A stretch of DNA of 64,000 bases, taken from positions 1 through 64,000 of IMG/VR virus record IMGVR_UViG_3300009104_001210; one strand, given 5' to 3'. A model generated the notes under the pieces. That model did not search any database, was not told where the DNA came from, and was given only the letters and a program-made list of their open reading frames with translations. Each line of letters begins with the position of its first letter. Position 1 is the stretch's first letter. Shown here one piece after another: positions 39,846 to 49,738 of the stretch. Made by a program: the position numbers and the translations under genes.

Positions 39846-40807
39846 ATATATTAGTTACAGGTGGTGCAGGATATCTTGGTTCAGTAATTGTTCCTTTGTT
39901 ATTAGATAAAGGTTATGATGTAACCGTATATGATAATTTGATGTATAATCAGTTAACATTGAGTGATTTATGTTATAAATCTAATTTTAAATTTGTATAT
40001 GGAGATGTTAGAGATTATAAAAAATTAAATGAGTATGTACAGAAAGCAGATGTGATAATACCATTGGCTGCGATAGTTGGTTTTCCTGCTTGTGAAAAAG
40101 ATAAACAATTAGCAGAAGAGGTAAATTATAATCAGATATATGATTTAATAACTAATACATCTAAAGAACAAACTATTATTTTTCCAAATACAAATAGTGG
40201 TTATGGAACTCGTTCAAGTGGTATATGTACGGAAGATCAAAAATTACAACCAATTAGTCATTATGGAATAACCAAATGTAATGCAGAAGATATATTATTA
40301 CAAAATGGTAATGCAATTATCTTTAGATTTGCTACGGTGTTTGGTGTATCACCAAGAATGAGATTAGATTTATTAGTTAATGAATTTGTTTATAAAGCAT
40401 TGACGGATAAATATATTACTATCTTTGAAAGAAAAGCAGTTCGTAACTATATTCATATCAGAGATGTAGCTTCAGTATTTGAATGGATGGTTGTTCTTCG
40501 TGATATACATAGAGGTGAGATATTCAATGTAGGATTATCAAACGCTAATATCAATAAACAACAATTAGCTGAAATGATTAAAAAATATATTTCAGATTTT
40601 GCTATTACTTATTCTGATTATTATGAGGATCCTGACAAAAGAGATTACATTGTAAGTAATGAAAAAGTAGAAAGCACAGGTTGGCTACCTAAATATACTT
40701 TACACGATGGTATAAAAGAATTAATAATGGCTTATCAAATAATAATAAATAATGATACAAGTCATTTTAGAAATGGATTTCCTTTAACATATGGGGCAGC
40801 ATTATGA
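39842..40807 (+). CDS. NAD-dependent epimerase/dehydratase (extended SDR)
   Basis: TGGAGYLGS, PLAAIVGFPAC, canonical YGITK, RFATVFG, RNYIHIRD. TTG start. Confidence 0.88.
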   Translation: MNILVTGGAGYLGSVIVPLLLDKGYDVTVYDNLMYNQLTLSDLCYKSNFKFVYGDVRDYKKLNEYVQKADVIIPLAAIVGFPACEKDKQLAEEVNYNQIYDLITNTSKEQTIIFPNTNSGYGTRSSGICTEDQKLQPISHYGITKCNAEDILLQNGNAIIFRFATVFGVSPRMRLDLLVNEFVYKALTDKYITIFERKAVRNYIHIRDVASVFEWMVVLRDIHRGEIFNVGLSNANINKQQLAEMIKKYISDFAITYSDYYEDPDKRDYIVSNEKVESTGWLPKYTLHDGIKELIMAYQIIINNDTSHFRNGFPLTYGAAL

Positions 40808-41712
40808 GAATATTAATAACAGGAGTAACAGGTTTAATAGGTTCTAATCTTTATAGACTATTAAAAGAAAATAATTATGAAGTAGATGGAATATCATCTA
40901 AAGATGGAGATTTAACATCACTTGATGTTTGTAAAGATTTGATACAAGGTTATGATACAATTGTTCATTGTGCAGCAAATACATCAAACGCTTTTGATAC
41001 AGAGAAATCACCATTGGTTCACGTTACACCAAATGTTGCTATGAATGCTAATGTGATGGATGCAGCTTATCATAGTGGAGTTAAAAAATTTATTTTTATT
41101 AGTAGTTCCACAATATATCCACCATCAGATGAAAGACCAGTAAAAGAAACTGATCATATTTTTGATGAACCATATCCTGCATATTTTCCTGTTGGGTGGA
41201 TGAAAAGATATGCAGAAGTATTATGTGATATGTATTCTAATCGTTTAGATAAAACTATGCAGTGTATAGTTGTTAGACCTGCGAATGTATTTGGACCAGG
41301 AGACAAATGGGATTTTGATAAATGTCATGTAACACCTGCTACAATTAGAAAAGTAGTTGATAAACACAATCCAATTAAAGTTTGGGGAGATGGTTCTGAA
41401 ATAAGAGATTTGATTTATGTAAATGATGTTGCAGAAGCACTTAAACTTATCATAGATAAAGTAGATAAGTATTCTATTTGGAATGTAGGTAGTAATACTG
41501 CTTATTCTGTAAATGATGTTTTAGATATGTGTATGGAAATAGAAAATTATGAAGCACCAATAGAATATGTTGGTGGTATGAAACCAATGATTCCTATAAG
41601 AAAAATAAATTCTAATAAGATGGGTGATGATCTTAAATGGGAATGTAAGTATACGTTGAAAGAGGGATTAGAAAAAACAATTAAATGGTATAAAGAAAAT
41701 TATGTTAAGTGA
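40804..41712 (+). CDS. NAD-dependent epimerase/reductase, GDP-L-fucose-synthase-like
   Basis: GVTGLIG, HCAA, FISSS, RPANVFGPGD, WGDGSEIRD. The YxxxK position reads VGWMK. Confidence 0.82.
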   Translation: MRILITGVTGLIGSNLYRLLKENNYEVDGISSKDGDLTSLDVCKDLIQGYDTIVHCAANTSNAFDTEKSPLVHVTPNVAMNANVMDAAYHSGVKKFIFISSSTIYPPSDERPVKETDHIFDEPYPAYFPVGWMKRYAEVLCDMYSNRLDKTMQCIVVRPANVFGPGDKWDFDKCHVTPATIRKVVDKHNPIKVWGDGSEIRDLIYVNDVAEALKLIIDKVDKYSIWNVGSNTAYSVNDVLDMCMEIENYEAPIEYVGGMKPMIPIRKINSNKMGDDLKWECKYTLKEGLEKTIKWYKENYVK

Positions 41713-42343
41713 GTACGAAAAAAATAGTTATATAATAATAGATAATCTTTTAGAACAATCTTTATATAATCAACTTCTTGAGTTGTGTGTATCTTCTAAA
41801 TATGAAGAGGTGAACCAAATTAGAGAGGGTAGATATAAAACTTGGGAAACTAAAGGAGACGAAAACTTTCCATCAGAAGATGAAGATTATTTAGCTCATA
41901 TGTGGGCAAGTAATTCTATACTTGAAACAGATTTATTTAAAAATGTTTTTGAGAATTATATTAAACCACATATGCTTACTTTAACTGATAATAAAGTATC
42001 AAGGTTTATGCACCAAGCAAACAAATATAATAATGATGGAAAAGATTTTATTAGATTACATTATGATGATTATATGGGTATGTGTGGTTATATATTTTAT
42101 GTGAATGAAATTCAATGGAAATATGATTGGGGTGGTTTATTACAATTTACAAAAGATGATAAAATAAGCACGGTATTACCTAATCCAAATAGATTGGTAT
42201 TGACAAACCATTCTGCAAGAATAGGACATTGGGTCACACCAACAAATGTATGGGCTAAAGCAAATAGATATGTCTTAACAGGATTTTCATTAGAAGAAGA
42301 TAGAGAATTACCTGAGACTTGGAAAAAGAGGATAGATGAATAA
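41702..42343 (+). CDS. 2OG-Fe(II) oxygenase
   Basis: IRLHYDD (HxD), DWGGLL.F, PNPNRLV, GHWVTP, RYVLTGF. Confidence 0.82.
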   Translation: MLSEYEKNSYIIIDNLLEQSLYNQLLELCVSSKYEEVNQIREGRYKTWETKGDENFPSEDEDYLAHMWASNSILETDLFKNVFENYIKPHMLTLTDNKVSRFMHQANKYNNDGKDFIRLHYDDYMGMCGYIFYVNEIQWKYDWGGLLQFTKDDKISTVLPNPNRLVLTNHSARIGHWVTPTNVWAKANRYVLTGFSLEEDRELPETWKKRIDE

Positions 42344-43487
42344 TTTAAGATGGAGAGAACCCTGGGGTGGTTCTATGAGTCCTGAAGATACGGGATTGTG
42401 CAATAGACTTTTCCATTGGGAAATAGCATATGGTTTATGTAAAGCTAATGATTTTAAATTTAATATATTATTAGAAGAAAATTATTGGCCAGAATTACAA
42501 TATATAGAACTTCCATATACAAGAGGAGTACATCACGATGAGTTAAGAGATGAAAAATATAATTATGTTAGTTCTAAATTTTATAAAGGTACTACACCGA
42601 TTACTTATAAAAAATTAAAACAAATGTCGGATAAAAAGAATTATAAATTAAATATAAGTAAAGATTATTATTCTAATTTTGGATTTCATTTTATTGATGA
42701 GTTTAGTGATTTTGATGAAGATACAGGTGCATTATTATCTAGACCATCTCAGTTAATAACACTTCAAGATCAGTTTCTTGAAATGTTTATCAAAAAATAT
42801 ACAGAAAAAACTGTAGGATTACATATACGAAGGTGGCCAACGGGAGTTTTTAGAGATGAAGATGATGTTAAAGGATTTAGAGATGGAGAACCTGTAGATT
42901 GGGAAGTTGACGAATCAGATTTGTTAAATTTAGAAAATGTAGGAATTGCAGGAAAGCCACCAGATAATCTTTACTTTCTTAAAGATGACTCTGAAGTGGT
43001 AAAGGAGAGATTAAGACAATTAAAAAGCCCTATGAAAGATGGAAAGTTACTTTTACAGTACTCAGGAGATCCTGTGGGATATACTGCTGTGAATAATAGT
43101 GTATATATGTATATAATGGATGAGATGTTAAAAATAAATCCCAATCAAAAATTTTACCTTAGTAGTGATGTTAATAAAAAGAATTTGAAAATATTTTATG
43201 ATAATTATGACATTATTGATTTTGATACAATTATGAACGAATCGCCATTGATGAGAAGACATTTTAGACGTACTAAAACTTTACATCCACCTGAAGGATT
43301 CCACCAATATGTTTTAAAAAATGTAGTGGATTTGTTTTCATTAGCTAATTCTTATTTTTTAATTGCATTTGGAGATTCAACTTTTAGTACATTTGCACAA
43401 GATTATAAAATTATACCTGGAATTTTTCCACAAGATAAATTTAATGAAGAAGATAAACAAGCTTATATAAAGGTTATTGAATCATGA
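42336..43487 (+). CDS. GT11/GT23 (NodZ)-like fucosyltransferase-fold glycosyltransferase
   Basis: GLCNRLF, VGLHIRR, FYLSSD, VDLFSLA....STFS. Confidence 0.68.
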   Translation: MNNLRWREPWGGSMSPEDTGLCNRLFHWEIAYGLCKANDFKFNILLEENYWPELQYIELPYTRGVHHDELRDEKYNYVSSKFYKGTTPITYKKLKQMSDKKNYKLNISKDYYSNFGFHFIDEFSDFDEDTGALLSRPSQLITLQDQFLEMFIKKYTEKTVGLHIRRWPTGVFRDEDDVKGFRDGEPVDWEVDESDLLNLENVGIAGKPPDNLYFLKDDSEVVKERLRQLKSPMKDGKLLLQYSGDPVGYTAVNNSVYMYIMDEMLKINPNQKFYLSSDVNKKNLKIFYDNYDIIDFDTIMNESPLMRRHFRRTKTLHPPEGFHQYVLKNVVDLFSLANSYFLIAFGDSTFSTFAQDYKIIPGIFPQDKFNEEDKQAYIKVIES

Positions 43488-44272
43488 ATGTAGTAGTTAT
43501 AGGAGATAGTTGTAATGATATTTTTATTTATGGAGACATAGAAAGAATAAGTCCAGAAGCACCTATACCAGTTTTTAAACCAACACATAAAGAATCAAAT
43601 GGTGGTATGGCAAAAAATGTTGTAAACAATGTAGAATCATTAGAAATGACTATCTATACAGTTACAAATGAAAATACAATTGTGAAAAAACGATATGTAG
43701 ATAATCGTTCAGGACAAATGGTATTAAGAGTTGATGAACATGATTATTGTGATAGAGTAGAAATAAAAAAATTACAAGGTATAAAAAATAATAAATTTAA
43801 ATCTTATGGGTTGGGTGGTAATATAGATAAAATTGATGCAATTATTATTTCAGATTATTGTAAAGGATTTTTAGAAGAAAGTGATATAGAACATATTTGT
43901 AAATACAATAAAAATGTATTCGTGGATACTAAAAAGAAACTCGGTAAGTGGATTAAAGACGCAGATTATATTAAAATAAATGAGTTAGAATATAAAAAGA
44001 ATTACGAGTTATTATCAGATAAAGGATTTAGAGATAAACTTATTGTTACATTAGGTAGTAAAGGTTGTAGATATAAAGGATTAGAATATCCAGTAAAAGA
44101 AGTTCCTGTAAGGGATGTAAGTGGAGCAGGGGATACATTTATTGCAGGATTAGTTCGTGGTTATTTAGATACCAATAACATATATGAAGCAATTAAGTTT
44201 GCACAGAAATGTACTACAGTAGTTGTACAGAAACATGGAGTTGCAACAGTTACATTAGAGGAGATTTTATGA
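43484..44272 (+). CDS. PfkB sugar kinase, HldE/RfaE domain I-like (heptose-7-phosphate kinase)
   Basis: RISPEAPIPV, GGMAKNV, IISDYCKG, VDTK, VTLGSKG, DVSGAGDTF. Confidence 0.88.
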   Translation: MNVVVIGDSCNDIFIYGDIERISPEAPIPVFKPTHKESNGGMAKNVVNNVESLEMTIYTVTNENTIVKKRYVDNRSGQMVLRVDEHDYCDRVEIKKLQGIKNNKFKSYGLGGNIDKIDAIIISDYCKGFLEESDIEHICKYNKNVFVDTKKKLGKWIKDADYIKINELEYKKNYELLSDKGFRDKLIVTLGSKGCRYKGLEYPVKEVPVRDVSGAGDTFIAGLVRGYLDTNNIYEAIKFAQKCTTVVVQKHGVATVTLEEIL

Positions 44273-44988
44273 AAGTTAAGTATTTAGCTTGGCCTTATGG
44301 AAAATTAGGAAGTAAAGAACGTCCAGAACTTACTGAATTAAAAGATGCTGGATATGAATTTTCAGATCCATTTGATGTTATAGATATTTTTGAGAAAAAA
44401 GTAGCAAAATTTGCAGGAAGTAAATATGCTTGTGCTGTAAATAGTTCAAGTAGTGGATTGTTTCTTTGTTTAAAATATTATTGGGATCAGTTTTATGGGA
44501 TGAGAAATTTTCCTCAAACAGTAAAAATTCCTGGTAGAACTTATGTTTCAGTTCCAATGACAATTATCAATGCAGGATATAAAGTAGAGTTTGAGGATTT
44601 AAAATGGAAAGGTATTTATCAATTAAAACCATATACTATATGGGATGGTGCTTGTAGATGGACAAAGGATATGTATGTTGGTGATAATGCTTTACAAATA
44701 GTATCTTTTAATATTAAAAAGAGAATACCAATAGGTGCAGGTGGAATGGTATTAACTGACGATAAAAAAGCATATGAATGGATAAAACTTGCAAGTCATG
44801 ATGGTCGTAATGTTAATGTTCATTATGGAGATGATGATTTTGCTATGATAGGATGGCATATGTATATGTTACCCGAAGATGCTGCTAGAGGAATATTATT
44901 AATGGATTCAGTACCAGAAGTAAACGAAGATGTTTATAGTTGGGAAAACTATTATGACGTATCAGATAAAGAGGTTTTTAATAAATAA
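44269..44988 (+). CDS. DegT/DnrJ/StrS aminotransferase, short form (~239 aa)
   Basis: FEKKVAKFAGSKYACAVNS, P..TYVSVP, WDGA, SFNIKKRIPIGAGGM. GAGGAG RBS before ATG 44269. Confidence 0.82.
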   Translation: MKVKYLAWPYGKLGSKERPELTELKDAGYEFSDPFDVIDIFEKKVAKFAGSKYACAVNSSSSGLFLCLKYYWDQFYGMRNFPQTVKIPGRTYVSVPMTIINAGYKVEFEDLKWKGIYQLKPYTIWDGACRWTKDMYVGDNALQIVSFNIKKRIPIGAGGMVLTDDKKAYEWIKLASHDGRNVNVHYGDDDFAMIGWHMYMLPEDAARGILLMDSVPEVNEDVYSWENYYDVSDKEVFNK

Positions 44989-45860
44989 TGGGACGAGGTA
45001 ATTTAACATTATATAATACTGAACACAAATCTTTTGAGTGGAATCAATTTCCTTTATTAATTGATACTAATAAAGTGGGTATTAGGGATCTTAAATGGCA
45101 CAGTACTGATAAAGAAGAATTCTTTAAAATGAATTTAGAAGAACTTGGTTCAGATTGGGAATATGCAGATAGTGAAAAAACATTGCGATATGATTTTAAT
45201 AGTTGGGGTTATAGAGCAAAAGAATTAGATTATTTAGATAAAGATAATATATTAGTAATGGGTTGTAGTATTACAGAAGGAGTTGGATTACATAAAAATG
45301 ATATATGGTGTCATCAACTTAGTCAAGCATTAGATATAGATATTTTAAATTTGGGTAAAGGGGGAGTTGGACCAGATACTCTTTATATTAATACTGTTTT
45401 ATTTATTAAAAACATATATCCAAAACTCAGAAAGAAAAAACCAAATTTAATAATTTATCAATGGCCTCAAAGTTTTAGAAGAAGTTTTGCTTATGTTAAT
45501 GTTAATTATGATAAAAAAACTACAGATTTAGAGTTTACACATTATAATATAAATACGGTAGCTAGTGATAGAGATTATACTTGGTTTAGAACAAGATATT
45601 TGAGAGAAAATGGTGAAATGTATAGAGATCATTATATTAATTTTTGTGCAATAAATAATATGTGGAAAGCATTAGATATACCTGTTTTACATTGGTCTTA
45701 TTTACAAGATTTTGAATTACAGTTAGATATTAAAAGTGTACAAAAGGTAGAAATAACAAGTCAGAATAAGGATAAAGCTAGAGATTTAAAACATGATGGT
45801 AAGTTAGCACACAGCCAAGTAGTAGACGAATTAATACCTAATGTAAAGAAAATGTTATGA
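44988..45860 (+). CDS. SGNH/GDSL-fold protein
   Basis: FNSWGYR, MGCSITEG, NLGKGG, ARDLKHDG..AH. Confidence 0.6.
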   Translation: MGRGNLTLYNTEHKSFEWNQFPLLIDTNKVGIRDLKWHSTDKEEFFKMNLEELGSDWEYADSEKTLRYDFNSWGYRAKELDYLDKDNILVMGCSITEGVGLHKNDIWCHQLSQALDIDILNLGKGGVGPDTLYINTVLFIKNIYPKLRKKKPNLIIYQWPQSFRRSFAYVNVNYDKKTTDLEFTHYNINTVASDRDYTWFRTRYLRENGEMYRDHYINFCAINNMWKALDIPVLHWSYLQDFELQLDIKSVQKVEITSQNKDKARDLKHDGKLAHSQVVDELIPNVKKML

Positions 45861-47002
45861 GTGAAGGATTAGTTAATAAAGCGCAATATCATTTTGAAAG
45901 ATTAAATGATACTATTAATGGTAGTAGAATGCCTGTTCCTTTGAGTCTTGAGTTACAAATAACTAATACTTGCCATCAAGCCTGCTATTATTGTAATTCA
46001 GAAATATTTAGAGAACATAATCCTGATAAAGCAACTACTGAAGATTGGATAAATTTTATAGATAATTTACCTGAAGGAATTAAAGATGTTACCTTTTCGG
46101 GAGGTGGAGAACCATTAGATCATTTAGATGCAGATAAAATTATAAATTATGTTTTACATAAGGGATATAAGGTAGGATTGATAACTAATGGAGCAAGATT
46201 TAGACATTTAAATTTTACAAAAGAATATAGACCAAATTGGGTAGGTATTGATTTTGATACTGCAGATTCTAAAAAATATTTTCAAATAAGAAAAGGTAAT
46301 TTAGAAAAAGTAAAGAAAAGTATTTCTGAAAAAATGAGTGAGTTTCAAAGTTATGGTACTTTTTTTACTTATAAAGTTTTAATTAATGATTATAATTCAG
46401 AAATAGAAGATTTAAAAGCTAGCGTTGATTTAGCAGTAGAAATGGGATTTGATGAATATTTTCAGAGAATAGTTTATTTTGGTTATAGAACAGAAGATAT
46501 GGAAGGAGCAGGTAATAGAACATTAAAACCACCTAAAGGATATACGTGGGAAGAAGTTGAAAATGAAGTTAGAGATTATTGTGAAAAGAAAGGAATTTCA
46601 TATAAAGGTACATTTGGAAAACAAAGGCATTCTAAATTAATTAGAAATGCTGATTCCAATATAGAAAATTATGAATGGAATGAATCAACTCAAACTCATA
46701 TGGTAAAACAATGTTTTGCACCTTTATTTTATGTGGTTGTTAATTCAAACGGTGATATTTTGTGGTGCTGTGAACATTTAGGAAATAAAGATTATGTGGT
46801 AGATAATTGGATAGATAATGGATTATCATTTTTAGAAGAAAAGGGATTACTTGATAAAATGAAAAATTTTATTGATTGGAGAAAATGTGATAGTCAATGT
46901 AGATATTATGATTATAATAAGTTTTCAGCTAGAGTTAGTGATGGTTATTACAAGTATTCAGAAAATGAAATAAGAACAGGTCATGAAAAAGGATTTTTTT
47001 AA
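45857..47002 (+). CDS. Radical SAM protein with C-terminal SPASM/twitch domain
   Basis: NTCHQACYYC; SGGGEPL; ITNG; CFAP...NGDILWCC...CDSQCR. Confidence 0.88.
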   Translation: MSEGLVNKAQYHFERLNDTINGSRMPVPLSLELQITNTCHQACYYCNSEIFREHNPDKATTEDWINFIDNLPEGIKDVTFSGGGEPLDHLDADKIINYVLHKGYKVGLITNGARFRHLNFTKEYRPNWVGIDFDTADSKKYFQIRKGNLEKVKKSISEKMSEFQSYGTFFTYKVLINDYNSEIEDLKASVDLAVEMGFDEYFQRIVYFGYRTEDMEGAGNRTLKPPKGYTWEEVENEVRDYCEKKGISYKGTFGKQRHSKLIRNADSNIENYEWNESTQTHMVKQCFAPLFYVVVNSNGDILWCCEHLGNKDYVVDNWIDNGLSFLEEKGLLDKMKNFIDWRKCDSQCRYYDYNKFSARVSDGYYKYSENEIRTGHEKGFF

Positions 47003-48021
47003 TGGTAAGAGTTAATAACGAATGGGATAGGTTAAGAGAAGTATTCGTTGGTACAGTAGAAAATGCAAATAATCCAATTAAGGGTAAAGATTTACATGCG
47101 ATTAATTATGCAGATAAAAATAATATAGATGATGTAAAAGAGGGTTATTATCCTGAACAAGTTATAGAAGAAACAAAAGAAGATTTAGATATTCTTGTAC
47201 AATCTTTAAAATCTTTTTTTGATATTAAAGTTCGTAGAATGAAACCGAATCAAAATAATAAAATATTTCAAACAATTGATTGGGTTTCAGATGGATATTA
47301 TACATTTTGTCCGAGAGATAGTGTTACAGTAATTGGAGATACGATTATAGAATCACCAATGACGTTACGTTCACGATATTTTGAGACATTTGGATTTAGA
47401 GATCAGTTTATTGAGTATATGGAAGATGGTGCAAGGTGGGTATCAGCACCAAAACCAAGATTAACCGATGATAATTATCAAAGAAGAGATTTAACTAAAT
47501 TAACACTTACAAATGTAGAACCCGTTTTTGATGCGGCTAACATTTTACGGTGTAATAAAGATATATTATATTTATTATCGAACACAGGTAATAAACTTGG
47601 TGCAAAATGGTTACAAAACTTTTTAGGTGATGAATATAAGGTTCATGTTCTTGAAAATATGTATTCTTATGTTCATATTGATTCAACTATAGCACTTTTA
47701 AGGGAAGGATTGTGTTTATTGAACCCAGAAAGAGTGAATGATGACAATATGCCTGAAATTTTAAAGTCGTGGGATAAGATTTGGTGTCCACCTTGTGTAG
47801 ATATTGGATATTATGGTAATTTTAACCACGCATCTACTTGGATTGGGTTAAATTTGTTATCAATTGATGAAAATACTGTTATTGTAGATGAAAGTCAAGT
47901 AGAGTTACATAAATTATTGAAAAAGCATAATGTTGATAGTTTACCATTACGAATAAGACATTCGAGAACACTTGGTGGCTCATTTCATTGTGTAACTACG
48001 GATATACATAGGCAAAGTTAA
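47002..48021 (+). CDS. Amidinotransferase (glycine or inosamine-phosphate amidinotransferase family)
   Basis: NEWDRLREVFVG, CPRD, HIDSTI, RTLGGSFHCVT (Asp/His/Cys catalytic set). Confidence 0.92.
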   Translation: MVRVNNEWDRLREVFVGTVENANNPIKGKDLHAINYADKNNIDDVKEGYYPEQVIEETKEDLDILVQSLKSFFDIKVRRMKPNQNNKIFQTIDWVSDGYYTFCPRDSVTVIGDTIIESPMTLRSRYFETFGFRDQFIEYMEDGARWVSAPKPRLTDDNYQRRDLTKLTLTNVEPVFDAANILRCNKDILYLLSNTGNKLGAKWLQNFLGDEYKVHVLENMYSYVHIDSTIALLREGLCLLNPERVNDDNMPEILKSWDKIWCPPCVDIGYYGNFNHASTWIGLNLLSIDENTVIVDESQVELHKLLKKHNVDSLPLRIRHSRTLGGSFHCVTTDIHRQS

Positions 48022-48022
48022 T

Positions 48023-49309
48023 ATGGAAAAAGTAATCATAGTAAATCCCGACGCTAAAATGGATGCAAAGCAATTTGCATATGCACCTTTGGGTCCATTA
48101 TACATTGCGGCTGTCTTAGAAAGAGATGGTTTCGAATGTGAGTTGTGGGATTTAAGAGAAGATTACAATTCTTATGATAATCCACCAAAAGGTGATATCT
48201 ACTGTATCACTGCCGTTACACCACAAATAGATGATATGAAAGAAGTGGCTCGTAACATTAAAAAGAAGTATGGTGATAAAGCATATACAATTTTAGGTGG
48301 CCCACACGCAACTTGGTTACCAGATGATTGTGTTGACCATTTTGATTGTGTAGTTCAAGATGAAGCTGAAGGAATTATAACCAAAATATGTACAGAGAAA
48401 CCAACAGGTGTTCAAAGAGGTGATAGGATTGTTGATTTAGATACAATACCACATCCAGCAAGGCACTTACTTCCCGACCATAGAGCAGCAAGTACAGATT
48501 TGTGGGGTGGATATAACTACGAAAGTAATGTGATTGGTGCGACACTTATGTCAAGTAGAGGTTGTCCTTTCGCCTGTGCCTTTTGTGCCAACCTACAACA
48601 AAAAACAAGATTTAGAAGTGCAGAAAATGTTATAGAAGAAATAGAACTAATGATTGAAAAGTATGGTGTAAAACATTTTAGATTCTTAGATGACAATATA
48701 ATCATAGATAAGAAAAGGTTTGAAAGATTAGCACCAATGTTACACGAATTAGATATTAGGTTTAGATGTTCGATTAGTTCAGTATTATTAAATGATGAGT
48801 ATTGTGAATTATTATATCACGCAGGATGTAGAGAGGTTGGTATAGGTTTTGAATCGGCAGATGACGACATACTAAAACTTATTAATAAAGCTGGTAAAGC
48901 AACCAACAATATGCACAAAGATGCAGTTCAAGTTATACAGAAGTGGGGAATGAAAGCTAAGGTTTATATTATTACAGGTTTACCTGGTGAAACAAAAGAA
49001 TCAATAGAAGCAACAAAGAAGTTTGTATTAGATTTAAAACCCGATAAGTGGATTTGTTTATTATTCACACCATATCCTGGTACACCTATTTATATGAATC
49101 CTGATTTCTATGGTGTAGAGATAATACATAAAAGGTTTAGAGAATATGTTCAGTCTTACCCATCAAAGAGTCATGTAAATCTTAAAAAGATAGGTAATGG
49201 TGAGATATTGGCAACAAATAAAGATTTAGAAGAAAGGTTTGAAGATTTGTATCATTGGTTAAACAAATTAAATCCAGAATCTATGGAGTATAGTTCTTTT
49301 AATGGATAA
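48023..49309 (+). CDS. B12-binding radical SAM protein (class B methyltransferase-like)
   Basis: APLGPLYIAA, GGPHAT, SRGCPFACAFC, IGFESAD, ITGLPGET. Confidence 0.9.
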   Translation: MEKVIIVNPDAKMDAKQFAYAPLGPLYIAAVLERDGFECELWDLREDYNSYDNPPKGDIYCITAVTPQIDDMKEVARNIKKKYGDKAYTILGGPHATWLPDDCVDHFDCVVQDEAEGIITKICTEKPTGVQRGDRIVDLDTIPHPARHLLPDHRAASTDLWGGYNYESNVIGATLMSSRGCPFACAFCANLQQKTRFRSAENVIEEIELMIEKYGVKHFRFLDDNIIIDKKRFERLAPMLHELDIRFRCSISSVLLNDEYCELLYHAGCREVGIGFESADDDILKLINKAGKATNNMHKDAVQVIQKWGMKAKVYIITGLPGETKESIEATKKFVLDLKPDKWICLLFTPYPGTPIYMNPDFYGVEIIHKRFREYVQSYPSKSHVNLKKIGNGEILATNKDLEERFEDLYHWLNKLNPESMEYSSFNG

Positions 49310-49312
49310 TTT

Positions 49313-49738
49313 ATGATAATGGCAATTTTATATAATAAAAGTTATAAAGATATTGCAGTTAGTACAAGAGAAGAAATAATTAATTATTTTTCTCATATGC
49401 CTGGAAAGAAGAATACACCACATCGGTTGGTATCAGATCATAAAAATTTCGTAGATAATTTTCAAATGGAATCACGTAATACATTTGATGTTTTTGAAGT
49501 TTATATAAAAGGGCCTCAAGATAAAAATGCAGAATATAATGAAATTTGGCCAAAAAACTATGTTACAACTGTTTTTAGTAAAAGAGAACTTAATAGATTG
49601 CCAAAAGAAAATGAAATAATAGAAACTTTAGATACGATATCTGATTTTGAAAAAGGTCTTTATATAAGAAGAAGAGTTATAGTTGAAGGCGCAGATATAA
49701 GGGATCCAAGTGATCCAGGAGTAGAACATTTGGTATGA
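49313..49738 (+). CDS. Hypothetical protein
   Basis: 141-aa ORF coupled to the next gene (ATGA overlap). No recognised motif. Confidence 0.65.
   Translation: MIMAILYNKSYKDIAVSTREEIINYFSHMPGKKNTPHRLVSDHKNFVDNFQMESRNTFDVFEVYIKGPQDKNAEYNEIWPKNYVTTVFSKRELNRLPKENEIIETLDTISDFEKGLYIRRRVIVEGADIRDPSDPGVEHLV

Noticed and set aside
12301-48600. Local GC-richer patches (hand counts 29/60 at 12301-12360 and 28/60 at 48541-48600, versus 13/60 at 46321-46380) as recent transfers
   Set aside because: They coincide with conserved Gly/Cys/Pro/Asp-rich catalytic motifs, so amino-acid composition can explain them. A GC3/codon-usage scan would be needed to say more.
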